Source: an uncultured virus (IMG/VR IMGVR_UViG_3300024500_000029) (Duplodnaviria; Heunggongvirae; Uroviricota; Caudoviricetes). From it: 64,000 bases of DNA. Under the pieces are notes generated by a model that searched no databases, had not been told where the DNA came from, and worked only from the letters and a program-made list of their open reading frames with translations. Made by a program: the position numbers and the translations under genes. Within the stretch, counting starts at the first letter, position 1. Each line of letters begins with the position of its first letter. Location: the IMG/VR virus record IMGVR_UViG_3300024500_000029; one strand, 5' to 3'. Below are positions 41,544 to 48,777 of this stretch, piece after piece.

Positions 41544-41708
41544 ATGACAACTGAACAGGAAATTCTGTCGTTTCAAAAAAAGTTAGAAGAACGTAATTTT
41601 GTTTTTAACGATCGATTGCTTGAACAATTGTTTAAAGAAAAAATGGAACGTTTGCGCAGGCAAACAGAACTTAATCAAGAATTACGTCGGCTAATAAAGA
41701 GGCGATAA
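41544..41708 (+). CDS. Small basic helical protein (54 aa), Arg-rich C-terminus
   Basis: AAGGGAG RBS; MTTEQEILSFQKKLEERNFVFNDRLLEQLFKEKMERLRRQTELNQELRRLIKRR. Confidence 0.6.
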   Translation: MTTEQEILSFQKKLEERNFVFNDRLLEQLFKEKMERLRRQTELNQELRRLIKRR

Positions 41709-41714
41709 AGCAGT

Positions 41715-41858
41715 AAAGTGCAATGTGGAACGAGGCCACTGCTCACTATAAAAAGCTAAACGGGCGGACAGTATATATGAAATCACGGCGAGAACGTTGA
41801 GAGTAAGACTACTGGTTGGGGTGTCGACCCCAACATAATGCGAGGTAACTCGCATTAT
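41715..41858 (+). ncRNA. Putative structured RNA downstream of the attenuator
   Basis: Successive stems GTGG/CCAC, CAGTA/TACTG, GTTGGGG/CCCCAAC and ATAATGCGAG/CTCGCATTAT; no convincing ORF. Confidence 0.5.
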
Positions 41859-41966
41859 TCTAAAGCACACTGGGCTAAGTACACGCCTATGCTCTGGACG
41901 CAGCCGGGCCGCCGTAAGGGGGCCTTTAAGGTGGACGGTTCGAATCCGTTAGTGTGTTTTAGAATA
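41856..41966 (+). ncRNA. Long-stem RNA cassette 1, contains a T-arm
   Basis: 17-bp closing stem TATTCTAAAGCACACTG/TAGTGTGTTTTAGAATA; internal GACGGTTCGAATCCGTT. Confidence 0.6.
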
Positions 41967-42020
41967 GTTCACCAAATATACTTTACAATTAGTGAGTTTG
42001 GCTATATACTAGAAAAATAC

Positions 42021-42115
42021 GGAGCGTTGGCCGAGTTGGTCGAAGGCACTTTCCTGCTAAGAAAGCATCTGGACAAAAATCTGGATCGTTGGTTCGAATC
42101 CAACACGCTCCGCCA
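42021..42115 (+). tRNA. tRNA-Ser(GCT)
   Basis: Cloverleaf with long variable arm, G73 and CCA. Confidence 0.92.
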
Positions 42116-42134
42116 AATTATTAAGTGATGATAT

Positions 42135-42755
42135 ATGGTAAATAAAAGTTTCTTATATAAGAATATATTTTCTCAAGAAGAAGTTAATCAAATTTTAAAT
42201 TTTTTTAAAAATCAGCCAATAGCTACAAAAAATTATTTAAATTTTGATAAAAACCTTGATTACCATATTGAAGATAGTTTTGCCCATACTTTTATTAAAC
42301 CAAAGATACAAGCTCTAATAGGTGATCATCATTTTGAAAACGGTAGCTACAAAGAATGTATCCAACCCTATACTATACATATAGACAATTATGCTTGGTG
42401 GGACGATACCTATACTTTTAAAGCAGAAGAAAACCATCAATGTTTTTTGTTGATACCTCTCGTTACTAGTCCTAAATTACGTACTGTAACATTTGATATA
42501 TTTTACGAAAAACGTTATGAAATGGGAGAACCAATGCCCAGTGAATGGTTAGGTGTTAAAAATACACTAGATCTAGAAGACTTTTCGCATTGTAAGCCTG
42601 AAACCCGAGAGCAAATACAGTATCTTCCAGTTGATAGAGATTTAGAATGGCAAGCAGGCGATGTTATTAGATGGCATAAAAACCAATTACATTGCAGCAC
42701 TGATTTTGCCAAATACGATTTAGTTAAAAAATTTGTATTATTGGGTCTAGCATAA
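42135..42755 (+). CDS. Hypothetical 2OG-Fe(II) oxygenase-like protein
   Basis: HID...QLHCS pattern. Confidence 0.5.
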   Translation: MVNKSFLYKNIFSQEEVNQILNFFKNQPIATKNYLNFDKNLDYHIEDSFAHTFIKPKIQALIGDHHFENGSYKECIQPYTIHIDNYAWWDDTYTFKAEENHQCFLLIPLVTSPKLRTVTFDIFYEKRYEMGEPMPSEWLGVKNTLDLEDFSHCKPETREQIQYLPVDRDLEWQAGDVIRWHKNQLHCSTDFAKYDLVKKFVLLGLA

Positions 42756-42764
42756 CAAAATAAA

Positions 42765-42854
42765 GGAAGTGTGGCAGAGTCCGGTTTAATGCACCTGTCT
42801 TGAAAACAGACGATCAGAAATGGTCCGTGGGTTCGAATCCTACCACTTCCGCCA
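42765..42854 (+). tRNA. tRNA-Ser(TGA)
   Basis: Cloverleaf with long variable arm and CCA. Confidence 0.92.
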
Positions 42855-42940
42855 GAATGTTCAAAAACTATCAATACCTATTGACTTAAATTAGAACTTA
42901 AAGTAATATGTGAACTTCATTAACTAAGTAGGAGTTCATA

Positions 42941-43198
42941 ATGAACATTAAACTTCGAGCAGCAGGTCGCACAGTGGGTATGATTGCCATAGCTACACTG
43001 GCTCCTCTGTTTGTAATGCTCTTGTTTAGGCTAGATAGTGATACACTTTTTGGTCTATTTACAATTTCCTTTTTCGCCTGGATGATCTGGGTAGTCTATT
43101 CAATTAATTTAACGCAGTTGGAATCGGAAGAAAAAATTAAAGAGATTCAGGAACGTCGTAGTACAATGATTTCTGGTATGATTAAAGATCCGGAGTAG
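42941..43198 (+). CDS. Two-TM membrane protein; stop codon lies inside tRNA-Trp
   Basis: TTGACT-17-TAATAT promoter at 42881, AGGAG RBS, two hydrophobic segments. Confidence 0.7.
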   Translation: MNIKLRAAGRTVGMIAIATLAPLFVMLLFRLDSDTLFGLFTISFFAWMIWVVYSINLTQLESEEKIKEIQERRSTMISGMIKDPE

Positions 43199-43262
43199 TA
43201 TAGTGGCAGTGCGGCGGTCTCCAAAACCGTTAGTGGGGGTTCGATTCCCTCCTCCGGAGCCA
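43189..43262 (+). tRNA. tRNA-Trp(CCA)
   Basis: Cloverleaf with CTCCAAA loop, G73 and CCA. Confidence 0.9.
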
Positions 43263-43285
43263 ACAATTTTTCTAGGAGTATAATT

Positions 43286-43465
43286 ATGAAGTATCTAAGA
43301 CTTGCAGTTCCTACTAGCATTTTTATTTTGTGTTTTCTTAATCTTGCCTTGGCTGTACATCAACACAATGATATGGCGATATGGGCTAATGTAACAGCCC
43401 TGTTTGGTTGGTTAATTGTCAGCGCAGACGAATACACCTATTTTAAGACTAGAGGGACATTGTGA
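43286..43465 (+). CDS. Small two-TM membrane protein (59 aa)
   Basis: AGGAG RBS; MKYLRLAVPTSIFILCFLNLALAVHQHNDMAIWANVTALFGWLIVSADEYTYFKTRGTL; shares GWLIV with the next ORF. Confidence 0.6.
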   Translation: MKYLRLAVPTSIFILCFLNLALAVHQHNDMAIWANVTALFGWLIVSADEYTYFKTRGTL

Positions 43466-43653
43466 AAGGCAGTATATTAAAAATAATTGTACCCGTGCTT
43501 TTAGTAATAATGGGGGCGATTGGTATAGGCACGTATTATGTGCAGGGGAATATGCCAGCAGTGTCTGGATATTTTAGTGCAACACTGGGTTGGCTTATTG
43601 TAGCTGGTTTCAATACAGTCAATTATATTAAAGAGAAAGAATATCTTGTTTAA
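43462..43653 (+). CDS. Small two-TM membrane protein, tandem paralogue
   Basis: GTGA overlap with the previous ORF; GWLIV motif. Confidence 0.6.
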   Translation: MKGSILKIIVPVLLVIMGAIGIGTYYVQGNMPAVSGYFSATLGWLIVAGFNTVNYIKEKEYLV

Positions 43654-43834
43654 ATTTCCTCTACGTGAATGGCCACATTATATTAAATGGAAATGGCAAC
43701 AGTTGTTTAGACGTAAAAATTTTATGTAATAAAGATAGTCCGGCCTGTAGTTGGGGTATAGCTAGAATTTACTAGTGAACGTATAGGACGCTATGCGCTA
43801 CGGACATCTAGGAGGTAATAAGCCTCCAACCTAT

Positions 43835-43912
43835 GCATCGGTACCAGAGAGGCCTAATGGCGGGGTCTGCAAAACCTTCGATTCGCTGGTTCGAATCCAG
43901 CCCGATGCTCCA
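43835..43912 (+). tRNA. tRNA-Cys(GCA)
   Basis: Cloverleaf with U73 and CCA. Confidence 0.9.
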
Positions 43913-43923
43913 GGATACTTTGA

Positions 43924-43996
43924 TGCGGGTTAGGGAAGAGGTCATCCCGTTAGGCTCATAACCTGAAGATCGTTGGTTCGAATCCAGCACCCGCTT
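43924..43996 (+). tRNA. tRNA-Met(CAT), initiator-like
   Basis: Unpaired 1:72 (T.T), GGCTCATAACC anticodon arm; no encoded CCA. Confidence 0.78.
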
Positions 43997-44028
43997 CAAA
44001 GTATCTTGCCAATCTTATAAATATTTTT

Positions 44029-44265
44029 ATGTTATGGGATTGGCATATCTTCCAGTACCGAGCGGAAATACCCTGGCCACAGATGCCCGATGCGCAACTG
44101 GACTGGGTCTGGGGGTTATACTCCGTGGAAAACTGGTTGACCTCTAATGTGGGCCCTAGATATTCTAACTGGGCTTTTGAACCCACTGATCAAATTTACA
44201 ATATAGGTGTCGCTTTCCGCTGGGAGCGAGATCAAGTTCTTTTCGTCCTTAAATGGACTCAGTAA
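44029..44265 (+). CDS. Hypothetical Trp-rich protein
   Basis: TATAAATA at 44016 directly upstream. Confidence 0.55.
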   Translation: MLWDWHIFQYRAEIPWPQMPDAQLDWVWGLYSVENWLTSNVGPRYSNWAFEPTDQIYNIGVAFRWERDQVLFVLKWTQ

Positions 44266-44275
44266 AATAATTTAT

Positions 44276-44368
44276 ACTTGGGTAGTGTAACGGTAGCACG
44301 ACGAGATTTATAACCTCGATACGCTAGATGGGCGGTTAGAGAGGGTTCGAATCCCTCCCCAAGTACCA
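44276..44368 (+). tRNA. Atypical tRNA-Ile(TAT) with long variable region
   Basis: Acceptor ACTTGGG/CCCAAGT-A-CCA, TTTATAA loop, ~22-nt variable region. Confidence 0.7.
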
Positions 44369-44375
44369 AAACAAT

Positions 44376-44451
44376 GCGGGCGTAGCTCAGTTGGTAGAGC
44401 GTTACCTTGCCAAGGTAAATGTCGTCAGTTCGAACCTGATCGCCCGCTCCA
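44376..44451 (+). tRNA. tRNA-Gly(GCC)
   Basis: Canonical cloverleaf with U73 and CCA. Confidence 0.95.
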
Positions 44452-44548
44452 GTTACTTTAAGGGGAAACAAAATGGGGCAATCGCAGTTTTTATTCTTGT
44501 AGTGTACTTACTGGTCCTAATCGATAATAATGTAAAATAAATATTTGG

Positions 44549-44770
44549 ATGATTTATGTTGACTATGATAACACTGGACTAGAGATTTATATGGTCACTA
44601 ATGATTACAACGAATGTTTAATTAGGACTACCAATCGCGGCCTAGCCTATTTTGTAGATAAACACAGTCGCGGTCTTAAACAGGGGATGTTTCTTGTAGT
44701 TGGAGGAGACCCTGGATCAAGAAAAGCTAGGCGCCCAATATTTCATCATATAAGGCGTTATTCCAGGTAG
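44549..44770 (+). CDS. Hypothetical protein
   Basis: ORF with TAAATA upstream. Confidence 0.5.
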   Translation: MIYVDYDNTGLEIYMVTNDYNECLIRTTNRGLAYFVDKHSRGLKQGMFLVVGGDPGSRKARRPIFHHIRRYSR

Positions 44771-44833
44771 TTGTTCAAAAAACTTGTGTTAAATGTATTT
44801 TCAAGTATAATGTAAGGCAGTTAGGAAAAAATT

Positions 44834-45103
44834 ATGGATATTACAGTAGCAACAAATTTTGTAACAAGTACTTTATTGATTAGCGTGGCCTGTATGATAG
44901 TAGCAGGTTGTGCAATTTTAATTAACAATATGATTCACAGATGGTGGAAGCCTTTAAGCTGGAGTATTGTGCCGCAGAGTATAAAGGATGTTATATCAGG
45001 AAACTTTGAACAACCTGCCAAGGAAGTTAAAGAACCTGTAAAACAAGAACCACACATTGAACATCAGGAAAATACAGTAACACAAGTACGAGTTAAAGAT
45101 TAA
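44834..45103 (+). CDS. Single-TM hypothetical protein
   Basis: AGGA RBS; hydrophobic N-terminal segment. Confidence 0.6.
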   Translation: MDITVATNFVTSTLLISVACMIVAGCAILINNMIHRWWKPLSWSIVPQSIKDVISGNFEQPAKEVKEPVKQEPHIEHQENTVTQVRVKD

Positions 45104-45109
45104 TTTCTA

Positions 45110-45185
45110 GCCGCTGTAGCTCAGTTGGTAGAGCGCCTGATTTGTAATCAGGATGTCGAGGGTTCGATTCCTTTCGGCGGCACCA
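45110..45185 (+). tRNA. tRNA-Thr(TGT)
   Basis: Cloverleaf with CCA. Confidence 0.94.
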
Positions 45186-45189
45186 AGAA

Positions 45190-45390
45190 CCTCGTAGTCC
45201 CATCTACGTTATTAACTGGGGGTAAATTGGCTTCACCATAATGCCAGGGCTCATACGATGATAGCCTCAAGGCCCGCTATATGGGCGACTTGAAAAATCG
45301 TAGGTGGGTACTACGCCTTGCCAGAAGTAAATGTAGAGGACGGAGTAACAGCCCAGTCTGGGGCTGATGAGGATCAGTAGCCAGACAACT
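45190..45390 (+). ncRNA. Putative ~200-nt structured RNA (family copy A)
   Basis: Long stem 45193-45208 with 45299-45315; motifs shared with 54350-54541; followed by a terminator-like hairpin at 45400-45434. Confidence 0.55.
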
Positions 45391-45461
45391 TATTTTTTTA
45401 ACCTAGGTACTATTGTAGTATGCTAGGTTTTTTTATGCGTTGACAACAAGGAGATCCTGTT

Positions 45462-45569
45462 ATGGATAGTGACAAGAAGGGTCTATTAAGATATGGTTGG
45501 ACATATCGCGATAGGCTTAAACGAGCAGCAATAATGTTCCAACTATATGGTATTACAATGGGTGCGTAA
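45462..45569 (+). CDS. Small ORF (35 aa) ending inside tRNA-Lys
   Basis: AAGGAG RBS; MDSDKKGLLRYGWTYRDRLKRAAIMFQLYGITMGA; TAA is tRNA nt 8-10. Confidence 0.45.
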   Translation: MDSDKKGLLRYGWTYRDRLKRAAIMFQLYGITMGA

Positions 45570-45636
45570 CTCAACTGGTTAGAGTAATCGGCTTTTAACC
45601 GATAAGTTGTGAGTTCGAGTCTCACCGCACCTACCA
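45560..45636 (+). tRNA. tRNA-Lys(TTT)
   Basis: Cloverleaf with CCA. Confidence 0.94.
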
Positions 45637-45722
45637 TATAAAAACACATTCGAATATAATAATAATAGCGCCCGGGGCTATGGAGAGTATACGACTGTCC
45701 AGGAATGTGTTTTTATATGGTA
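45632..45722 (+). ncRNA. Long-stem RNA cassette 2
   Basis: Perfect 20-bp inverted repeat TACCATATAAAAACACATTC/GAATGTGTTTTTATATGGTA. Confidence 0.65.
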
Positions 45723-46088
45723 CTAGTAAAAACTTATCTAGGGCCTAGCCCTATACACGGACTGGGAGTATTTGCAGATGAATTTGTCCCACAAGGAACT
45801 AAAATCTGGCAGCTAACACCAGGTCTAGATCTAGAGTGGTGTTATTTGGATTTTATTTCTCTACCACTCGCCGCACGAGAGTACATATTACATTGGGGAT
45901 ACAAAGATCCTGAATCTCAAATGTACAGATTAAGTTTTGACAATGACAGATTTATGAATTGGAGTCGAACTCCAAATGTCGTAGGTAATAGCAATGAAAC
46001 ATTTGCGGCTAGAGATATTGACAAAGGTGAAGAATTAACTTATCCATATTCCGAAGATTTATTAGGAGATCAAGATGCCAATGTATGA
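45717..46088 (+). CDS. SET-domain protein
   Basis: SPIHGLGVFA, RFMN.S..PN and AARDIDKGEELT.PY motifs; the usual His of NHS is Trp here. Confidence 0.8.
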   Translation: MVLVKTYLGPSPIHGLGVFADEFVPQGTKIWQLTPGLDLEWCYLDFISLPLAAREYILHWGYKDPESQMYRLSFDNDRFMNWSRTPNVVGNSNETFAARDIDKGEELTYPYSEDLLGDQDANV

Positions 46089-46224
46089 AACTACTGTGCG
46101 TACTCCTCAGGGAGAGACTAAAGATAGGGTGTATGCCAAGGATCTTCAAGAAGCTCGTCAACTATTTGAGCAGCGACACGGTCCTAGGAATGTACCTTAT
46201 ATTCCCAAAGTTATACCTAGTTAA
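46075..46224 (+). CDS. Small hypothetical protein (49 aa)
   Basis: AGGAG RBS; MPMYETTVRTPQGETKDRVYAKDLQEARQLFEQRHGPRNVPYIPKVIPS. Confidence 0.55.
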   Translation: MPMYETTVRTPQGETKDRVYAKDLQEARQLFEQRHGPRNVPYIPKVIPS

Positions 46225-46228
46225 TAAA

Positions 46229-46303
46229 GGAAGCGTAGCATAATGGTAGTGCAACACCTTCATACGGTGCGCTGTGGGGGTTCGACTCCCTCCGCTTCTA
46301 CCA
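46229..46303 (+). tRNA. tRNA-Met(CAT), elongator-like
   Basis: Cloverleaf with TTCATAC loop and CCA. Confidence 0.8.
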
Positions 46304-46322
46304 ATTTAACTAAAATAAATTT

Positions 46323-46640
46323 ATGAAAAAATGTCTTCATTGTGGTATTAAACATTCTCAAAAAATATCCACCTGCACAGTATGTAGAAACGGCCTACGC
46401 AGATATGGGATGACTAGATTGGATATGTTAGCTCTGCACAAAAAACAAAAAGAAAAATGTTATTTGTGTGGGGTAAAATTAGAAATGTTTGTGGGTGCCC
46501 GCGGCGGTATGATAGATCACTGCCACAAGACTGGGCAAGTAAGAAGTATCCTGTGCTGTAAATGCAACACCGCAGTGGGTGGAATAGAAACTCACAAAAA
46601 TGTCAAAAAGTTATTAGAATATGTAAAACTCGGGGAGTAG
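46323..46640 (+). CDS. Endonuclease VII-family protein; stop codon lies inside tRNA-Pro
   Basis: CYLC...IDHCHKTGQVRSILCCKCN motif. Confidence 0.8.
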   Translation: MKKCLHCGIKHSQKISTCTVCRNGLRRYGMTRLDMLALHKKQKEKCYLCGVKLEMFVGARGGMIDHCHKTGQVRSILCCKCNTAVGGIETHKNVKKLLEYVKLGE

Positions 46641-46708
46641 CTTAGTCTGGTTAAAGCGCCTGCTTTGGGAGCAGGAGATCGAGAGTTCGAATCCCTCTTC
46701 CCCGACCA
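46631..46708 (+). tRNA. tRNA-Pro(TGG)
   Basis: C1-G72, A73, CCA. Confidence 0.93.
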
Positions 46709-46709
46709 A

Positions 46710-47141
46710 TTATTTAGGTGCCCAGGCGTTACAGCAAGCTCTGGGTTTCACCTTAGTATCTAGATTGAAAAAATCAGGAATTTTTTGGTTTAAAGTTTCA
46801 AAAAACGTACAAGTAGTTCCTTCTAGTGCCACACAGTTTTCACATCTAACCTTGGCAACTACGTAGCCTGCATCCTTGGGTGTAATAGAGTCCATTATAA
46901 CCTGATTATCTGCAGGTACACCCTGTACGTAGAGACTACAACTGCCTTCAGCAACCACCTTGTAGTTTTTGCTAAACAGTGTGCATCTTTCACTGTCCGG
47001 CATAAAATGAGAACAGCTACTACACTGAGCAAAGTCCTTGATGTTATTCCTGGGTTCTAGGTAGATAAATGCGTCCCTACGAACTTTGTCAGAACTTTTT
47101 GTTGCTTCGGTAATTATGTTTATGTAGGATCTTAAATTCAT
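46710..47141 (-). CDS. Cys-rich protein with two HiPIP-like Cys clusters
   Basis: True start at MNLRSYINIITE; the upstream part of the listed ORF is antisense to tRNAs. CSSCSHF..C..CSLY and CENC..C..CCNAW. Confidence 0.55.
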   Translation of the reverse strand: MNLRSYINIITEATKSSDKVRRDAFIYLEPRNNIKDFAQCSSCSHFMPDSERCTLFSKNYKVVAEGSCSLYVQGVPADNQVIMDSITPKDAGYVVAKVRCENCVALEGTTCTFFETLNQKIPDFFNLDTKVKPRACCNAWAPK

Positions 47142-47158
47142 AGTAATATTTATTTTAT

Positions 47159-47233
47159 GCCTTCGTAGCTCAGTGGTAGAGCATCGTCTTGATAAGGCGA
47201 GGGTCGGTGGATCGTTCCCACCCGGAGGTACCA
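47159..47233 (+). tRNA. tRNA-Ile(GAT)
   Basis: Cloverleaf with atypical T-loop ATCGTTC; CCA. Confidence 0.87.
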
Positions 47234-47240
47234 GAACAAT

Positions 47241-47317
47241 TGGGGATTCGCCAAGTTGGTCAAGGCATCGGATTTTGATTCCGACATTCATAGGTTCGAA
47301 TCCTATATCCCCTACCA
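47241..47317 (+). tRNA. tRNA-Gln(TTG)
   Basis: Cloverleaf with CCA. Confidence 0.9.
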
Positions 47318-47324
47318 TAACAAT

Positions 47325-47400
47325 GGTGACTGTAGCATAACGGTAGTGCCACGGATTGTGATTCCGTACAGTGTGAGTTCGACTCTCATCAGTCACCCCA
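47325..47400 (+). tRNA. tRNA-His(GTG)
   Basis: G-1:C73 pair; CCA. Confidence 0.92.
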
Positions 47401-47406
47401 ATTTAA

Positions 47407-47482
47407 GCCGTCCAAGCTAACCTAGTGGAAGCGTCTGTCTGAAGAACAGAATGGCCTGGAGCGTAACCAGGGGTCGGCACCA
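47407..47482 (+). tRNA. tRNA-Phe(GAA)
   Basis: Cloverleaf with atypical T-loop AGCGTAA and A at position 8; CCA. Confidence 0.8.
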
Positions 47483-47486
47483 ATTA

Positions 47487-47561
47487 CGGTCCGTAGCTCA
47501 GCGGAAGAGTTCTGGTCTTCGAAACCAGCTGTCGGGAGTTCGAATCTCTCCGGACCGGCCA
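47487..47561 (+). tRNA. tRNA-Arg(TCG)
   Basis: Cloverleaf with CTTCGAA loop and CCA. Confidence 0.88.
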
Positions 47562-47597
47562 GCAAAATAAAATTAGTCTTGCTAGGTGATAAATACA

Positions 47598-47703
47598 AGT
47601 GCAACGCCAAGTTAATTGACGTCGGCAATTCAAACGACGCTTGACATATTGATGTCTTTACTGTATTGTTAATACAGAACGCCAGCCGTGAGCAGGATGC
47701 ACT
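47598..47703 (+). ncRNA. Putative structured 5' leader of the TauD/ACP/radical SAM operon
   Basis: Closing AGTGCA/TGCACT with inner hairpins CGTCG/CGACG, GACAT/ATGTC and CTGTATT/AATACAG; follows TAAATA. Confidence 0.5.
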
Positions 47704-47733
47704 GCGAGCACTACACCAACACAAGGACAAATA

Positions 47734-48777
47734 ATGAAAACTAGACCATTGAAAAATTATGGTGCTAGTGTTGGACTTGAAGCTTATGATATTGATTGGA
47801 ACTCTCAAGAAGAAATTCTTGAACTAGGTCGTCTAGCAGCCAGTCAGTGTGTAGTAGTTGTCAATGAACACATTAGCACCGAGCAACTTTATAAAACTAT
47901 GATTAACTGGGGCGATGTAAGTCATCCCATTATAACTGACTATGTAAGTCGTAAACTATTAACAGGCAGTCACTGGCGCGAGCTAACACTTAATCTGCGC
48001 TATATAACAAGTGAAGTTCCTGAACTTAAATCCGTAGCACTAGTAAGTTACCTTAAAAAAGAAAAAGATAGACCACGCGGTTTATTTTCCAATGGAGAAC
48101 TTGACTGGCACAGTGATCAATGCGCTATAGACGACGGACAACGAGTTATTGGTCTTCAAAGTATAAGTGATACAGCAAACAGCCAGACACAATTTTTATG
48201 CACACACGATGCCTACGAGTCATTAAGCTCGGATATGCGTAGTATGATCAAGGAATTGGTCTGTAAGCACCGTTGGTATGAGGGACTTATGGCACCTGGC
48301 TTAAACAGGGCTCAGTCAATGATGCTTAGATATAATATGGTACCCATTGACGGACTTGAAACAAACTTATATTCAGAAACTGCCAGCGGCTTAACTGGAA
48401 TAAAAATTCCTAGTCATACCTTTGATGGATTTGTGGGTATGAGCCGTGAAGAAAGTATTAAATTACTAGATGAAATTAAATCAGTAGTCTACAACGATCG
48501 TTACGTGCATACACAAGACTGGCAGGATGGGCAGATTGTGTTTATGGACCAAGAGATTACTCTACACAAACGACCAACTAATGTAAAAGACGGTGATCGT
48601 CGTACAATGGCACGTAGTATTACCTATGTTAACTATTTGTACCCTGACAGCGCATACGCCATAAGAAGATCAACTTACAAATATCAAGGTTCAGTTTATA
48701 CTGAAGAAGATTTTGTAAAATTAGTTGATCAAGACCGTCGCACACAATATGAACAAGAATTGGAGTTTGCAGAATGA
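47734..48777 (+). CDS. TauD/TfdA-family 2OG dioxygenase
   Basis: WHSD and WQDGQIVFMDQ...LHKR motifs. Confidence 0.85.
   Translation: MKTRPLKNYGASVGLEAYDIDWNSQEEILELGRLAASQCVVVVNEHISTEQLYKTMINWGDVSHPIITDYVSRKLLTGSHWRELTLNLRYITSEVPELKSVALVSYLKKEKDRPRGLFSNGELDWHSDQCAIDDGQRVIGLQSISDTANSQTQFLCTHDAYESLSSDMRSMIKELVCKHRWYEGLMAPGLNRAQSMMLRYNMVPIDGLETNLYSETASGLTGIKIPSHTFDGFVGMSREESIKLLDEIKSVVYNDRYVHTQDWQDGQIVFMDQEITLHKRPTNVKDGDRRTMARSITYVNYLYPDSAYAIRRSTYKYQGSVYTEEDFVKLVDQDRRTQYEQELEFAE

Noticed and set aside
41838..42128. Listed 96-aa ORF on the + strand
   Set aside because: Runs through stem cassette 1 and tRNA-Ser(GCT), has no RBS, and is better explained by the RNA elements.
45361..45390. CTGATGAG suggesting a hammerhead ribozyme
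   Set aside because: No correctly placed GAAA and cleavage triplet; the bases fit a simple CTGAT/ATCAG hairpin within the larger RNA.
47142..47808. Minus-strand ORFs (N-terminal part of 46710..47396 and all of 47422..47808)
   Set aside because: Antisense translations of tRNA genes; the same applies to 39605..39808, 42515..42874, 43808..43999, 44259..44471, 45410..45649 and 60726..60926.
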